Source: Bacteroidales bacterium (GTDB lineage Bacteria; Bacteroidota; Bacteroidia; Bacteroidales; F082). From it: a stretch of 64,000 bases of DNA. This document shows, piece by piece, positions 48,757-57,928 of this stretch. Positions within the stretch are counted from its first letter, which is position 1, and each line of letters begins with the position of its first letter. A program made the translations under genes and the position numbers. The DNA lies in NCBI GenBank assembly GCA_023229245.1, contig JALNZU010000004.1:11411-75410 (forward strand). Direction: 5' to 3'. The notes under the pieces were generated by a model. That model made no database searches, was not told the origin of the DNA, and worked only from the letters and a program-made list of their open reading frames with translations.

Positions 48757-50433
48757 CTATGTGTATAGTTTTTTATATCTGATTCGTGTGGGGCCTTTAT
48801 CGCCCAACCGTTTTTTTCTGTTTTCCTCATATTCCGTATAGCTACCCTCAAAGAAATAGACTTGTGAATTGCCTTCAAAGGCGAGGATATGGGTTGCGAT
48901 TCGGTCGAGAAACCATCGGTCGTGCGAGATGATGACGGCACATCCGGCAAAGTTTTCTATTCCTTCTTCCAATGCTCGTAAGGTGTTGATGTCTATGTCG
49001 TTGGTAGGCTCGTCAAGTAGCAGCACATTAGCTTCCTGACGCAGGGTGAGAGCTAAATGCATGCGGTTTCTTTCACCTCCCGACAAGATACCGGCTTTTT
49101 TGTTTTGGTCGTTACCCGTGAAGTTGAATCGGGCTACATACGCTCTAGCGTTGATAGTACGATTTCCAAGCCGGATCTCATCATGACCGCCTGAAATTAC
49201 TTCGAACACATTTTTTTCAGGATCAATATTAGCATGTGCTTGATCTACATATCCTAATTTGACGGTCTCTCCCAGTTCAAAAGTGCCACTATCGGGTTGT
49301 TCGTGCCCCATTATCAGTCGGAACAAGGTTGTTTTTCCGGCTCCATTAGGTCCTATCACTCCCACTATTCCGGCAGGTGGCAGGCTGAAGCTGAGATCAT
49401 CGAATAACAGCTTGTCGCCATATGCTTTACGTAGGTTCTTACATTCAATCACTTTGTTTCCAAGTCGGGGGCCATCGGGTATGAACAACTCAAGTCTTTC
49501 CTCCTTTTGTTTCACGTCTTCCTGTAGCATTTTTTCGTAGGAAGATAGCCTTGCCTTTGATTTGGCATGGCGTGCCTTAGGAGCCATTCGGACCCATTCT
49601 AATTCCCGCTCTAATGACTTTCTTCGACGGCTTTCAGTTTTTTCTTCCATCTCTAATCGCCTGGCTTTTTGTTCTAACCAAGACGAATAATTGCCTTTCC
49701 ATGGTATGCCTTCTCCTCTGTCTAACTCCAGTATCCATCCTGCTACATGGTCTAAGAAATAGCGGTCGTGTGTAACAGCTATCACTGTGCCTTTGTATTG
49801 TTGTAGGTGCTGTTCAAGCCACTCAACCGATTCGGCATCTAAATGATTGGTTGGCTCATCAAGCAGCAAGATATCCGGTTCACTGAGCAAGAGACGACAC
49901 AATGCCACCCTTCTTCGCTCTCCACCAGAGAGAGTGCGTATAGAAGTGTCAGGCTCGGGACATCGTAAGGCATCCATAGCTCTTTCTAACTTACTGTCTA
50001 ACTCCCAGGCGTTTTTTTGTTCAATCAGATCAGTCAGCCGACCTTGTTCTTCAATCAGCTGATTCATTTCATCATCCGACATAGGCTCCATAAATCGGTT
50101 GTTCACCTCTTCATAGGCTTTCAGTATATCAACTACCTCTTGTACCCCTTCTTCCACTACTTGCCTGACAGTTTTATCTGCATCTAACTCAGGCTCCTGG
50201 TCTAACATACCTACTGAATATCCAGGCGAAAAGGCTAGCTTGCCCTGATACGACTTGTCTTTTCCGGCTATGATCCGCAGCAGGGTTGATTTTCCTGAGC
50301 CATTCAATCCTATGATACCTATCTTGGCACCATAAAAGAATGATAAATAAATGTCTTTTAATATGGTACGGGATAGAGGGATCAGCTTACTGACCCCTAC
50401 CATAGAAAAAATTACTTTTTTATCGTCCGACAT
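48757..50433 (-). CDS. ettA: Energy-dependent translational throttle protein (ABC-F ATPase)
   Basis: 558 aa. Two ABC cassettes (GLNGSGKST, LSGGERRRVAL, GPNGAGKTT, LSGGERNRMHL). Strong N-terminal similarity to E. coli EttA (ILKDIYLSFFYGAKIGIIGLNG). Confidence 0.9.
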   Translation of the reverse strand: MSDDKKVIFSMVGVSKLIPLSRTILKDIYLSFFYGAKIGIIGLNGSGKSTLLRIIAGKDKSYQGKLAFSPGYSVGMLDQEPELDADKTVRQVVEEGVQEVVDILKAYEEVNNRFMEPMSDDEMNQLIEEQGRLTDLIEQKNAWELDSKLERAMDALRCPEPDTSIRTLSGGERRRVALCRLLLSEPDILLLDEPTNHLDAESVEWLEQHLQQYKGTVIAVTHDRYFLDHVAGWILELDRGEGIPWKGNYSSWLEQKARRLEMEEKTESRRRKSLERELEWVRMAPKARHAKSKARLSSYEKMLQEDVKQKEERLELFIPDGPRLGNKVIECKNLRKAYGDKLLFDDLSFSLPPAGIVGVIGPNGAGKTTLFRLIMGHEQPDSGTFELGETVKLGYVDQAHANIDPEKNVFEVISGGHDEIRLGNRTINARAYVARFNFTGNDQNKKAGILSGGERNRMHLALTLRQEANVLLLDEPTNDIDINTLRALEEGIENFAGCAVIISHDRWFLDRIATHILAFEGNSQVYFFEGSYTEYEENRKKRLGDKGPTRIRYKKLYT

Positions 50434-50519
50434 TTCTTATAAGATTTGCGTTGATATTTGTGCTAGTATTCATGTTAAATTCCCTGCATTTATAATCAGA
50501 CCTTCCAGATAGCTTTGTT

Positions 50520-51707
50520 TTATTTTGTATGTGCAGCCATCATTTCTGACATAGCCTTTATGAGGAGTTGCGTACTTGAAGTCCAATGATATTCTTGTTT
50601 TACGAAGTCTTGTCCTTGTTGAGCTATTCGTTGTGCGAATTCTGTGTCTGTCAACAGGTGAACGACTGAGTCGGCAAGTTCAGCAGCTGTATCGCCTACT
50701 AATATTTCTTCCCCTATTCTTCCACCTAACGCACTATGAGCCAATGGTGTTGTTATTGAAGGTAGCTGCATAGACATAGCTTCTAATAGTTTGTTTTGCA
50801 GGCCTGTACCTATTCGCATAGGTGCAATAAACACTTTGGCTGCTGCATAGGCATCGCGTATGTCGTCTATCCAACCGCTGATAATTACCTTGTCAGAAGC
50901 TAAGGCTCGTACTTGCTTATCCGGTGTAGCTCCGGCAATCAGCACAGTGGCTTGTGGGAGTTCCTTCCATACGTAAGGCATGATTTCACGTACGAGAAAC
51001 AAAGCGGCATCCACATTAGGCGGATAAGCCATATTACCGATAAACACTATATCGTATCTCTTGGGTATATCTCTTGGCTGGAAAAACTCCTGATCAACCC
51101 CATTAGGTATGATGAGTATCTGTTGGTTGTCGGGATGTGGTATCAGGTCTCTGTCTGGGATGCTGATAATGGTTTTCACGTCAAAATCATCGAATATGGA
51201 AGCTTCGTAACGCAGCAGACGTTTGTACTCCATATGAAAGAACGGCTTCAAGAAAAATGCTGCTATTTCTTTTCTCCTTTGCACGCCTTTTGAAAAGACA
51301 TCCTGATAGTCTAATGCCTTAGGTAGCTTGCTGTATCGGATGTATTCAGCCACTCTGAGGAGTTGGCCGTATAATACATCAGGTTTATGCTGGCTGATCA
51401 GTTTTTCTGTTTTAGATGCTGCACGCTTGTTATAAAAATAACCTGTCTGCAACGGCTTGCCGGATATCCACGCCTTGAATACATTGAACATAATACCTGT
51501 AAAAGGCAGATCAATAAAGTTGATAGATACACAATAGGGTTGCAAAGCCCTGAAAGCGGCTTCCTTATCTGTTGTGGCTTTGGAGTTTAATGCACATAAC
51601 ACTATCTCGTGTGTGGAAGCCAGCTCTTTTATTTGATGAAACGCCCGAAGCTTATCGCCCTTTTCAAGAGGCCAGGGGATGCGCGACAGCAACACAAAAA
51701 TCTTCAT
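50520..51707 (-). CDS. Glycosyltransferase family 4 (group 1)
   Basis: The preferred start MKIFVLLSRIPWPLEKGDKLRAFHQIKEL resembles the PyPpnKGDKiR N-terminus of a GT4 subgroup. C-terminal GT-B motif with E-x7-E-like GLQNKLLEAM. Confidence 0.7.
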   Translation of the reverse strand: MKIFVLLSRIPWPLEKGDKLRAFHQIKELASTHEIVLCALNSKATTDKEAAFRALQPYCVSINFIDLPFTGIMFNVFKAWISGKPLQTGYFYNKRAASKTEKLISQHKPDVLYGQLLRVAEYIRYSKLPKALDYQDVFSKGVQRRKEIAAFFLKPFFHMEYKRLLRYEASIFDDFDVKTIISIPDRDLIPHPDNQQILIIPNGVDQEFFQPRDIPKRYDIVFIGNMAYPPNVDAALFLVREIMPYVWKELPQATVLIAGATPDKQVRALASDKVIISGWIDDIRDAYAAAKVFIAPMRIGTGLQNKLLEAMSMQLPSITTPLAHSALGGRIGEEILVGDTAAELADSVVHLLTDTEFAQRIAQQGQDFVKQEYHWTSSTQLLIKAMSEMMAAHTK

Positions 51708-51798
51708 ACCCGAATGGTCAAAAGTTGATACAGTGATATGGGGCAAAGATAACAAGGAAAAAACATGCAGGCAATATCAAGAGGAGCGGTTTGTCTTA

Positions 51799-53016
51799 CT
51801 ATTTTAGTTTGCTTTGTTTACGGATCAACTCTTTGTAAAAAAGCAGCATACGATCAATGATCCTGCGATGGTCATACATTTCCTCAACTAATAAACGGGC
51901 TTGATGACCCATCTGACTTGCTGTTTCCGGCTGACGGATCAGTTGTTCTACGGCATCGGCAAATTCTTCCGGCTGATGAGCTATGAACAGATGCTTTCCT
52001 GATGTATAGAAAATACCTTCGGCACCAACTTCTGTAGTAATGACGGCTTTGGCTAATGCCATTGCCTCTATGATCTTGATACGTATCCCGCTTCCAGAGA
52101 GTAAAGGTACTACAGCTATTCCATGATCCCGTATAAATTCCTGAGCATCCGGTACTTCGCCTACAACTTCAACCTTAGGAAAAGATTGTTGCAGTAGCCA
52201 TGAAGGCATAAAACGACCTGCCAGTACAAACCGAAGCTTTGGTAACCGATGATGTATCAATGGCCATACATTCTCCAAAAACCATCTGATCCCCTCTTCA
52301 TTAGGTATCCAGTTCATCGCACCAATATGAAAAATGGTATCTGGATATCTTGGCGTTGAATCAGATAGCAAATATTTTTCGGGCGACACGCCAAAAGGTA
52401 TATCAATGACCGGACAAGATGAGTATTGTCTGAAAAACTGTGCATCCTTACGTGTAATGGCAGCTATGCCGTCCATACTTCTCAGGCTGTTCAACTCAAA
52501 TTGTTTGAGTGTGGTAGCTAAATGACGGATATACCATCGTTTTGGGAAAAATCGGGTTTGATCAGCTATGCGTTCCCATATCAGGTGTTCTATATTATGG
52601 GCTCGCAACACTATCACTGCCTTACTGTGTTTTCGAATGACAGGTATATAAGGTGCCATGAAAAGTGTTTCTAACTGTACCACATCATATGAGCTGCTAT
52701 GTAGCAACTGAATTAGCTTTTCTTTGAAAGTAGCGGATATAAACCGTTCGACATGATATGATCGTCCGGCTAACATGGTCATCAAGGCATCCCACACTTT
52801 AATACGGAGATCTATATGTATTAGCTCTATACCTGTCTTCTGGCGATAATCACTTGGGATGTCTTGTGCTTGTATATGATATTTTTCGGAGTTGACTGCC
52901 AACACCTTGACTTGATGCCCAGCTTCTATCATGCCTTCTATCATGCTGTTCATAGCCATTGGCCCGCCTTCTAAAGCCGGATAAGGTGATTTATTGCATA
53001 GAAAAAGCAGTTTCAT
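51799..53016 (-). CDS. Glycosyltransferase family 4 (group 1)
   Basis: 405 aa. N-terminal SPYPALEGGPMAM and C-terminal SGSGIRIKIIEAMALAK GT-B signature. The start overlaps the upstream stop by 4 nt. Confidence 0.7.
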   Translation of the reverse strand: MKLLFLCNKSPYPALEGGPMAMNSMIEGMIEAGHQVKVLAVNSEKYHIQAQDIPSDYRQKTGIELIHIDLRIKVWDALMTMLAGRSYHVERFISATFKEKLIQLLHSSSYDVVQLETLFMAPYIPVIRKHSKAVIVLRAHNIEHLIWERIADQTRFFPKRWYIRHLATTLKQFELNSLRSMDGIAAITRKDAQFFRQYSSCPVIDIPFGVSPEKYLLSDSTPRYPDTIFHIGAMNWIPNEEGIRWFLENVWPLIHHRLPKLRFVLAGRFMPSWLLQQSFPKVEVVGEVPDAQEFIRDHGIAVVPLLSGSGIRIKIIEAMALAKAVITTEVGAEGIFYTSGKHLFIAHQPEEFADAVEQLIRQPETASQMGHQARLLVEEMYDHRRIIDRMLLFYKELIRKQSKLK

Positions 53017-54530
53017 ACTGTGTTGGCTTTTTTATGTAAACGATGTATCACTCTCTTTAAAAATTTTTGCCAGCTCTCGGCATCCAATAGTGCAGCATCA
53101 GTTGTAGATTTGAAGGTAAGAAATAACCCTAATGGCAACAGTACTATACTCGACAGCCATACCCCTTCAAAAGTCTTGAGGTCGCCAACTATAGCCATCT
53201 TCTCGCCGGTGATACTCAAAATATGATAAATGACAAATAGGATCACCGCCATCACTACCGGCAGTCCTAACCCACCTTTACGAACGATAGCTCCTAACGG
53301 GGCACCTATGAAAAAGAGAATCAAACAGGCGATGGAAAGCGAATGTTTTTTGTGCCAGGCAATCTCATGCTTGCGAATATTTTCAGCTAATGAAACCAAT
53401 GACTTTCTATTGTCGGTAATATTATTGCGGTTGCTTCTGACAACTGTCAAAGCATTCTCAATGATATTAAACTGGTCGGCTACCTGAAAATTGTTCAACA
53501 GTGGATACTGCAGCTCGTAGGTTTGCAGGCTGTCGGGAATAGTGTCGGTTGCCGCACTGCTAAGCTGTTTCTTTTGATATTTCTTGGGAATTGGGACAAG
53601 TTCGGTCTGAGAGACAGTATCTAAAGTTGATAAGAACTGAAAACGACTATAGAAGTTTTGTATATAGCGTTCGTTCCTATTCTCGAAGTTGTTGTTCAAT
53701 GAATCAATAAAGATAGTAAGCTGTCGTGTGTTGAGCATCCCGTAATGGTTTTTGAACAATACTTCATCAGTACGGGTCAGGTCGAACTCACTTAAGTCAA
53801 ATTTCAACCGTTGCTGCTCAAAAGTAGTTCGCTCGAATGGTCTGTTGTCGCGATATGTTCGTGTGCTAATGACATCGGTGTAATTATATCCGTCGAACAA
53901 GGTGAAGATGACATGACGTTGGTCAGGACTGAGTTCCATATAGCCTTTCTGGGCAGTGGTAACCTTGATATTACCCATACGGTTGGTGTGATCATAAATT
54001 TTGACATCATAAATAGTCCGACCGTCTTTGTCTTTACGACCTACACGTATGATATAGTTCTCGATACCATTATAAAACATGCCTTCGTTGATGTTGAAAG
54101 CCAATTTCTGTTGTCGTATATCGTATAATAGAGACTGAAACTTCAGGTTGGCAACAGGTAATACATTGTTGGAAAAAACAAAAGCCAATGCGCTGATAAA
54201 GAGTGATAGGATAACTAATGGGCGCATGATCTTCCAAACTGATATGCCTGATGCTTTCATTGCTACCAACTCATAATGCTCGCCTAAGTTCCCGAATGTC
54301 ATCAGCGACGACAGCAAGATGGCTAAAGGTAGAGCCATAGGCACAAAAGTAGTGCTGGCATAAAATATTAAGCGTAGTATAACGGTGGCCTCCAAACCTT
54401 TACCTACTAAGTCATCAATATATTTCCACAAAAATTGCAGCAAAATGATGAATAAAGAAATGAAGAAGGTCAGAACTAAAGGACCTAAATAAGACCTGAC
54501 TACATAAGCGTATAATTTCTTTAGACCCAT
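53013..54530 (-). CDS. LptF/LptG-family (YjgP/YjgQ) permease
   Basis: The N-terminus YVVRSYLGPLVLTFFISLFIILLQFLWKYIDDLVGKGL is the family hallmark. Six TM helices with a large periplasmic insert. The start at 54530 is preferred because a TATTTTTG box at 54550-54557 lies inside the longer ORF. Confidence 0.75.
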   Translation of the reverse strand: MGLKKLYAYVVRSYLGPLVLTFFISLFIILLQFLWKYIDDLVGKGLEATVILRLIFYASTTFVPMALPLAILLSSLMTFGNLGEHYELVAMKASGISVWKIMRPLVILSLFISALAFVFSNNVLPVANLKFQSLLYDIRQQKLAFNINEGMFYNGIENYIIRVGRKDKDGRTIYDVKIYDHTNRMGNIKVTTAQKGYMELSPDQRHVIFTLFDGYNYTDVISTRTYRDNRPFERTTFEQQRLKFDLSEFDLTRTDEVLFKNHYGMLNTRQLTIFIDSLNNNFENRNERYIQNFYSRFQFLSTLDTVSQTELVPIPKKYQKKQLSSAATDTIPDSLQTYELQYPLLNNFQVADQFNIIENALTVVRSNRNNITDNRKSLVSLAENIRKHEIAWHKKHSLSIACLILFFIGAPLGAIVRKGGLGLPVVMAVILFVIYHILSITGEKMAIVGDLKTFEGVWLSSIVLLPLGLFLTFKSTTDAALLDAESWQKFLKRVIHRLHKKANTV

Positions 54531-54936
54531 AGTAAGTCGTATGGACACGCAAAAATAAGCCATAAAATGGTAATCATGTCGATTCGACTGACCAAAATCC
54601 CTTTGACCTGTGTAGCAACCGTTTATAGGATAAGCGAATTACAGCCTGGGTAATCATTGTAATCAGACAATTATACCTGGTGTCAAAGATGTTTTCCCAA
54701 GCAAAAAAAGAAATAATTCGTGTGATAATGATTCTTTGCGGAAAAGGCTGCCTCAGTCAAATAAAAAAACACAAAGAAAACATTGGTGATAACACTAACC
54801 TAAGGGTTGTTTCAGGATTTCAAAAAATACTACCCAACGATTAAAATAGCCATTTCATTGAGTTTTAAAATTACTTTTGCATAGTAAATATTTTCTCTGC
54901 TTTAAAAACCGTCAGTAAACCACATTCATTTTTCGT

Positions 54937-55722
54937 ATGAGACCACTCAGAAATGTTTTATTTTTCCTTGTTTTATCAAGTACTGCCTGCCGGTCAACAA
55001 CAGTACCCACAGAAAAAGAGTTTACTCCACCTGATATGCATACTAATAAAATATCGTTGGATTGGGAGGGTAGGTATGAGGGGGTTCTGCCTTGTGCCGA
55101 TTGCGAAGGAATTGCTATAACTGTTGAGCTGATAGCTCCGGATCAATACCGAATCACTAATGTATATAAGGGAAAAGCTGATGTCAGTTTTGTGGAAACC
55201 GGAAGTTTTAATTGGAGCCAGAATGAAAGTAGCATAATGTTGATGGATGGTGAGGATATACATATGAGCTTTTTGGTCGGTGAGAATCAGTTGATTATGT
55301 TGGACACAGAAGGGCGGGAAATAGAAGGTGAGTTGGCACCTTATTATCGGCTGACAAAAAGTGAAGGATCATTTACCCTTTATGGGATACACTGGCAATT
55401 AGTTAAACTGTCAGATAACGCCATTGAACTTTCGGATGATCGGAGACAGGCCTTCATTGCATTCGACCGGCAGGAGCAAAGGGTTTATGGGAATGCGGGA
55501 TGCAATCTTTTTCATGGAAGCTATCACAGTTCCGAACAAGGACGTATTGAGCTGAGACCTCTTGCATCAACTATGATGGCCTGCCCTGAGATGGAGACAG
55601 AACAATTATTCTTTCAGGTTTTGGAAAATGTAGTCAGCTATACTATTATTGATGGAAGTCTGTGGCTGAATACATCCGATCATGAAGCTGCGGCAAGCTT
55701 TAAAGCCATTGGGTTTGAATAA
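54937..55722 (+). CDS. NlpE N-terminal-domain + META (HslJ-like) domain protein, secreted/lipoprotein
   Basis: Signal peptide with Cys (LSSTAC). NlpE_N CxxC motif YEGVLPCADCEGIAITVEL. META domain WQLVKLSDN...VYGNAGCNLFHGSY...STMMACPE. Confidence 0.7.
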   Translation: MRPLRNVLFFLVLSSTACRSTTVPTEKEFTPPDMHTNKISLDWEGRYEGVLPCADCEGIAITVELIAPDQYRITNVYKGKADVSFVETGSFNWSQNESSIMLMDGEDIHMSFLVGENQLIMLDTEGREIEGELAPYYRLTKSEGSFTLYGIHWQLVKLSDNAIELSDDRRQAFIAFDRQEQRVYGNAGCNLFHGSYHSSEQGRIELRPLASTMMACPEMETEQLFFQVLENVVSYTIIDGSLWLNTSDHEAAASFKAIGFE

Positions 55723-56055
55723 AAGCTGCCTAATCGGTTATGTCAACACCTTAAAAAACTACTGTTTTCCCTTTGATCAGAGATTTGGAATATACAATGA
55801 AGCCAAAGAGTTTTGCGGTACTCATCTGTTCAATTGATAAAGCAAATACGTATGTGAGTCCTATGCGACTTCAAGGCTTCATTCTGGTTTAAATCGGTTA
55901 TTCATACAGTTTTTTGACCGCTTTTTGTGCAGAAAACCGTACTTTTAACATTTTATTTCTTGAAGGATCTGATTTATTCTGCATCAAAATAAATCTTTTC
56001 AGTGCAATCAGGTTCATACATTTAGTTTTTGACAAGCTAAATTAAACGACAGTAT

Positions 56056-57924
56056 ATGAGGTATTTATATTTTTTAAAACATTTTTCTAAATGGTTTTTA
56101 CTCTTAGCACTTCTGCTGCCTTTTGTTGCGTTTCCGCAGAGTATCACAACAGTTGAACCGCCTTTTTGGTGGGCTGGTATGAATCATACCGAATTGCAGC
56201 TTATGGTTTATGGTAAAGAATTAGCACAGACAAAACCACAGATACAGCATCCGGGAATCACCCTGAAAGAAACTACCTATTCTAACAATCCAAACTATTT
56301 GTTCCTGACGATTGAGATCACTCCTGAAACGGGTCCTACGATATTTCAAATCCGATTTGAGACCGGCAAAAGAAAAGCACCTATAATCAACTATGAGTTA
56401 AAGGAAAGGGAGGAAGGATCGTCTCAGCGGCAAGGATTCACTGCCAGTGATGTGATCTATCTGCTAATGCCCGATCGGTTTGCCAACGGAGACCCTGATA
56501 ATGATCATACGAAAGGAATGCTTGAGACGGCCGATAAAACCAAACCCGATGGACGTCATGGAGGCGATCTCAATGGAATCATAGACCATTTAGACTATTT
56601 CAATGAGCTGGGTGTTACAACTTTATGGATCAATCCAGTGTTAGAAAATAGTATGCCCGACTATTCCTATCATGGCTATGCGATAACCGATTTTTATAAA
56701 GTTGATCCCCGTCTGGGGAGTAATGAAGAATACCGTTTGTTGATACAATTGGCACATAAAAGAGGATTGCGCATAGTAAAAGATATGGTATTCAATCATT
56801 TTGGCACGAATCATTGGTGGATGAATGATCTGCCTATGAGCGACTGGATACATCAATGGCCCGAATTCACCCGCTCAAACTACAGAAGTGGTACCTTGAC
56901 AGACCCGTATGCCTCTCAATGGGATAAAGACCTTATGTTGAAAGGTTGGTTCGACCATAGCATGGCCGACTTGAATCAGGATAACCCATTTGTAGCTGAA
57001 TACCTGATCCAAAACAGCATCTGGTGGATTGAATATGCCGGATTGGATGGCATCCGCATGGATACCTATCCGTATTCGGGGAAGAGGTTTATGGCCGAAT
57101 GGATGCAACGGATACGTAATGAATATCCTGATTTTTCGGTGGTGGGTGAGGTATGGTTGAATACCACTCCACAAGTGGCCTATTGGATGAATGATGCTCA
57201 TAATTCAGATAGCTTTAATTCGTATCTGGACTATGTATTTGATTTTCCTTTGAAATATGCGTTAGCAGAAGCATTCAACGAAGAGAACGGCTGGAGTAGC
57301 GGCATTGCACGACTATATGAATCACTAAGTTTAGATTTTCTATATCCTTATCCGCAACAGCTGGTGGTTTTTGCTGATAACCACGATACCGATCGTATCT
57401 TCAGTGTCTTGAAGCACGATATCCGAAAGTTTAAAATGGCAATGGCCTTTTTGATGACAGTGCGTGGGATTCCTCAGATATACTATGGTACCGAGATTCT
57501 GATGACAGGGTGGGAACATCAGGGACATGGATTTATACGGGAAGACTTTCCCGGTGGATGGATGCACGACAGTGTGAATGCGTTTACACAAACAGGACTA
57601 ACAGCTGATCAGTACGATGCCTGGACTTATATGCGGCTACTGCTGCAATGGCGAAAAAATAAAAAAGTGATCCACGAAGGGAAAACGACACATTATATAC
57701 CTGAAGAAGGTGTTTATGTGTATTTCAGACATCTTGACGGTGAATCCATCATGGTAGTGTTAAATAATAACAATGAAAGCAAGACGTTTAAAACCGAGCG
57801 ATATACCGAGAATCTTAAAGGATATAGTACCGGAACAGATGTATTGCATAGAACCTATTTCGACCAACTGAGAATCATTTCGGTTCCGGCTATGTCGGCA
57901 CGTATTATCGAACTTAAAAGATAA
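56056..57924 (+). CDS. GH13 alpha-amylase-family enzyme (cyclomaltodextrinase/neopullulanase-like) with signal peptide
   Basis: 622 aa. Cyclomaltodextrinase-type N-domain (VEPPFWWAGM). GH13 regions DMVFNHFG, GLDGIRMDTYPY (nucleophile Asp), VGEVW (acid/base Glu) and FADNHDTDR. Confidence 0.85.
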   Translation: MRYLYFLKHFSKWFLLLALLLPFVAFPQSITTVEPPFWWAGMNHTELQLMVYGKELAQTKPQIQHPGITLKETTYSNNPNYLFLTIEITPETGPTIFQIRFETGKRKAPIINYELKEREEGSSQRQGFTASDVIYLLMPDRFANGDPDNDHTKGMLETADKTKPDGRHGGDLNGIIDHLDYFNELGVTTLWINPVLENSMPDYSYHGYAITDFYKVDPRLGSNEEYRLLIQLAHKRGLRIVKDMVFNHFGTNHWWMNDLPMSDWIHQWPEFTRSNYRSGTLTDPYASQWDKDLMLKGWFDHSMADLNQDNPFVAEYLIQNSIWWIEYAGLDGIRMDTYPYSGKRFMAEWMQRIRNEYPDFSVVGEVWLNTTPQVAYWMNDAHNSDSFNSYLDYVFDFPLKYALAEAFNEENGWSSGIARLYESLSLDFLYPYPQQLVVFADNHDTDRIFSVLKHDIRKFKMAMAFLMTVRGIPQIYYGTEILMTGWEHQGHGFIREDFPGGWMHDSVNAFTQTGLTADQYDAWTYMRLLLQWRKNKKVIHEGKTTHYIPEEGVYVYFRHLDGESIMVVLNNNNESKTFKTERYTENLKGYSTGTDVLHRTYFDQLRIISVPAMSARIIELKR

Positions 57925-57928
57925 GGCC

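Noticed and set aside
48750-48950. A 67-aa N-terminal extension of the cupin ORF that overlaps the 3' end of ettA.
   Set aside because: The extension is in an alternate frame of the well-supported ettA C-terminus. An internal ATG at 48749, just past the ettA stop (7 nt between them), gives a protein of the usual WbuC-cupin size.
55797-55892. A 31-codon ORF (MKPKSFAVLICSIDKANTYVSPMRLQGFILV) in the 333-nt spacer upstream of the GH13 operon.
   Set aside because: It has no promoter or RBS-like context and no recognisable peptide family. It is short enough to arise by chance.
55732-55901. The 10-nt word aatcggttat occurs twice, 160 nt apart (55732-55741 and 55892-55901).
   Set aside because: It is a single short word pair with no flanking similarity and no symmetry. 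It is plausibly coincidental, so I did not promote it to a finding.
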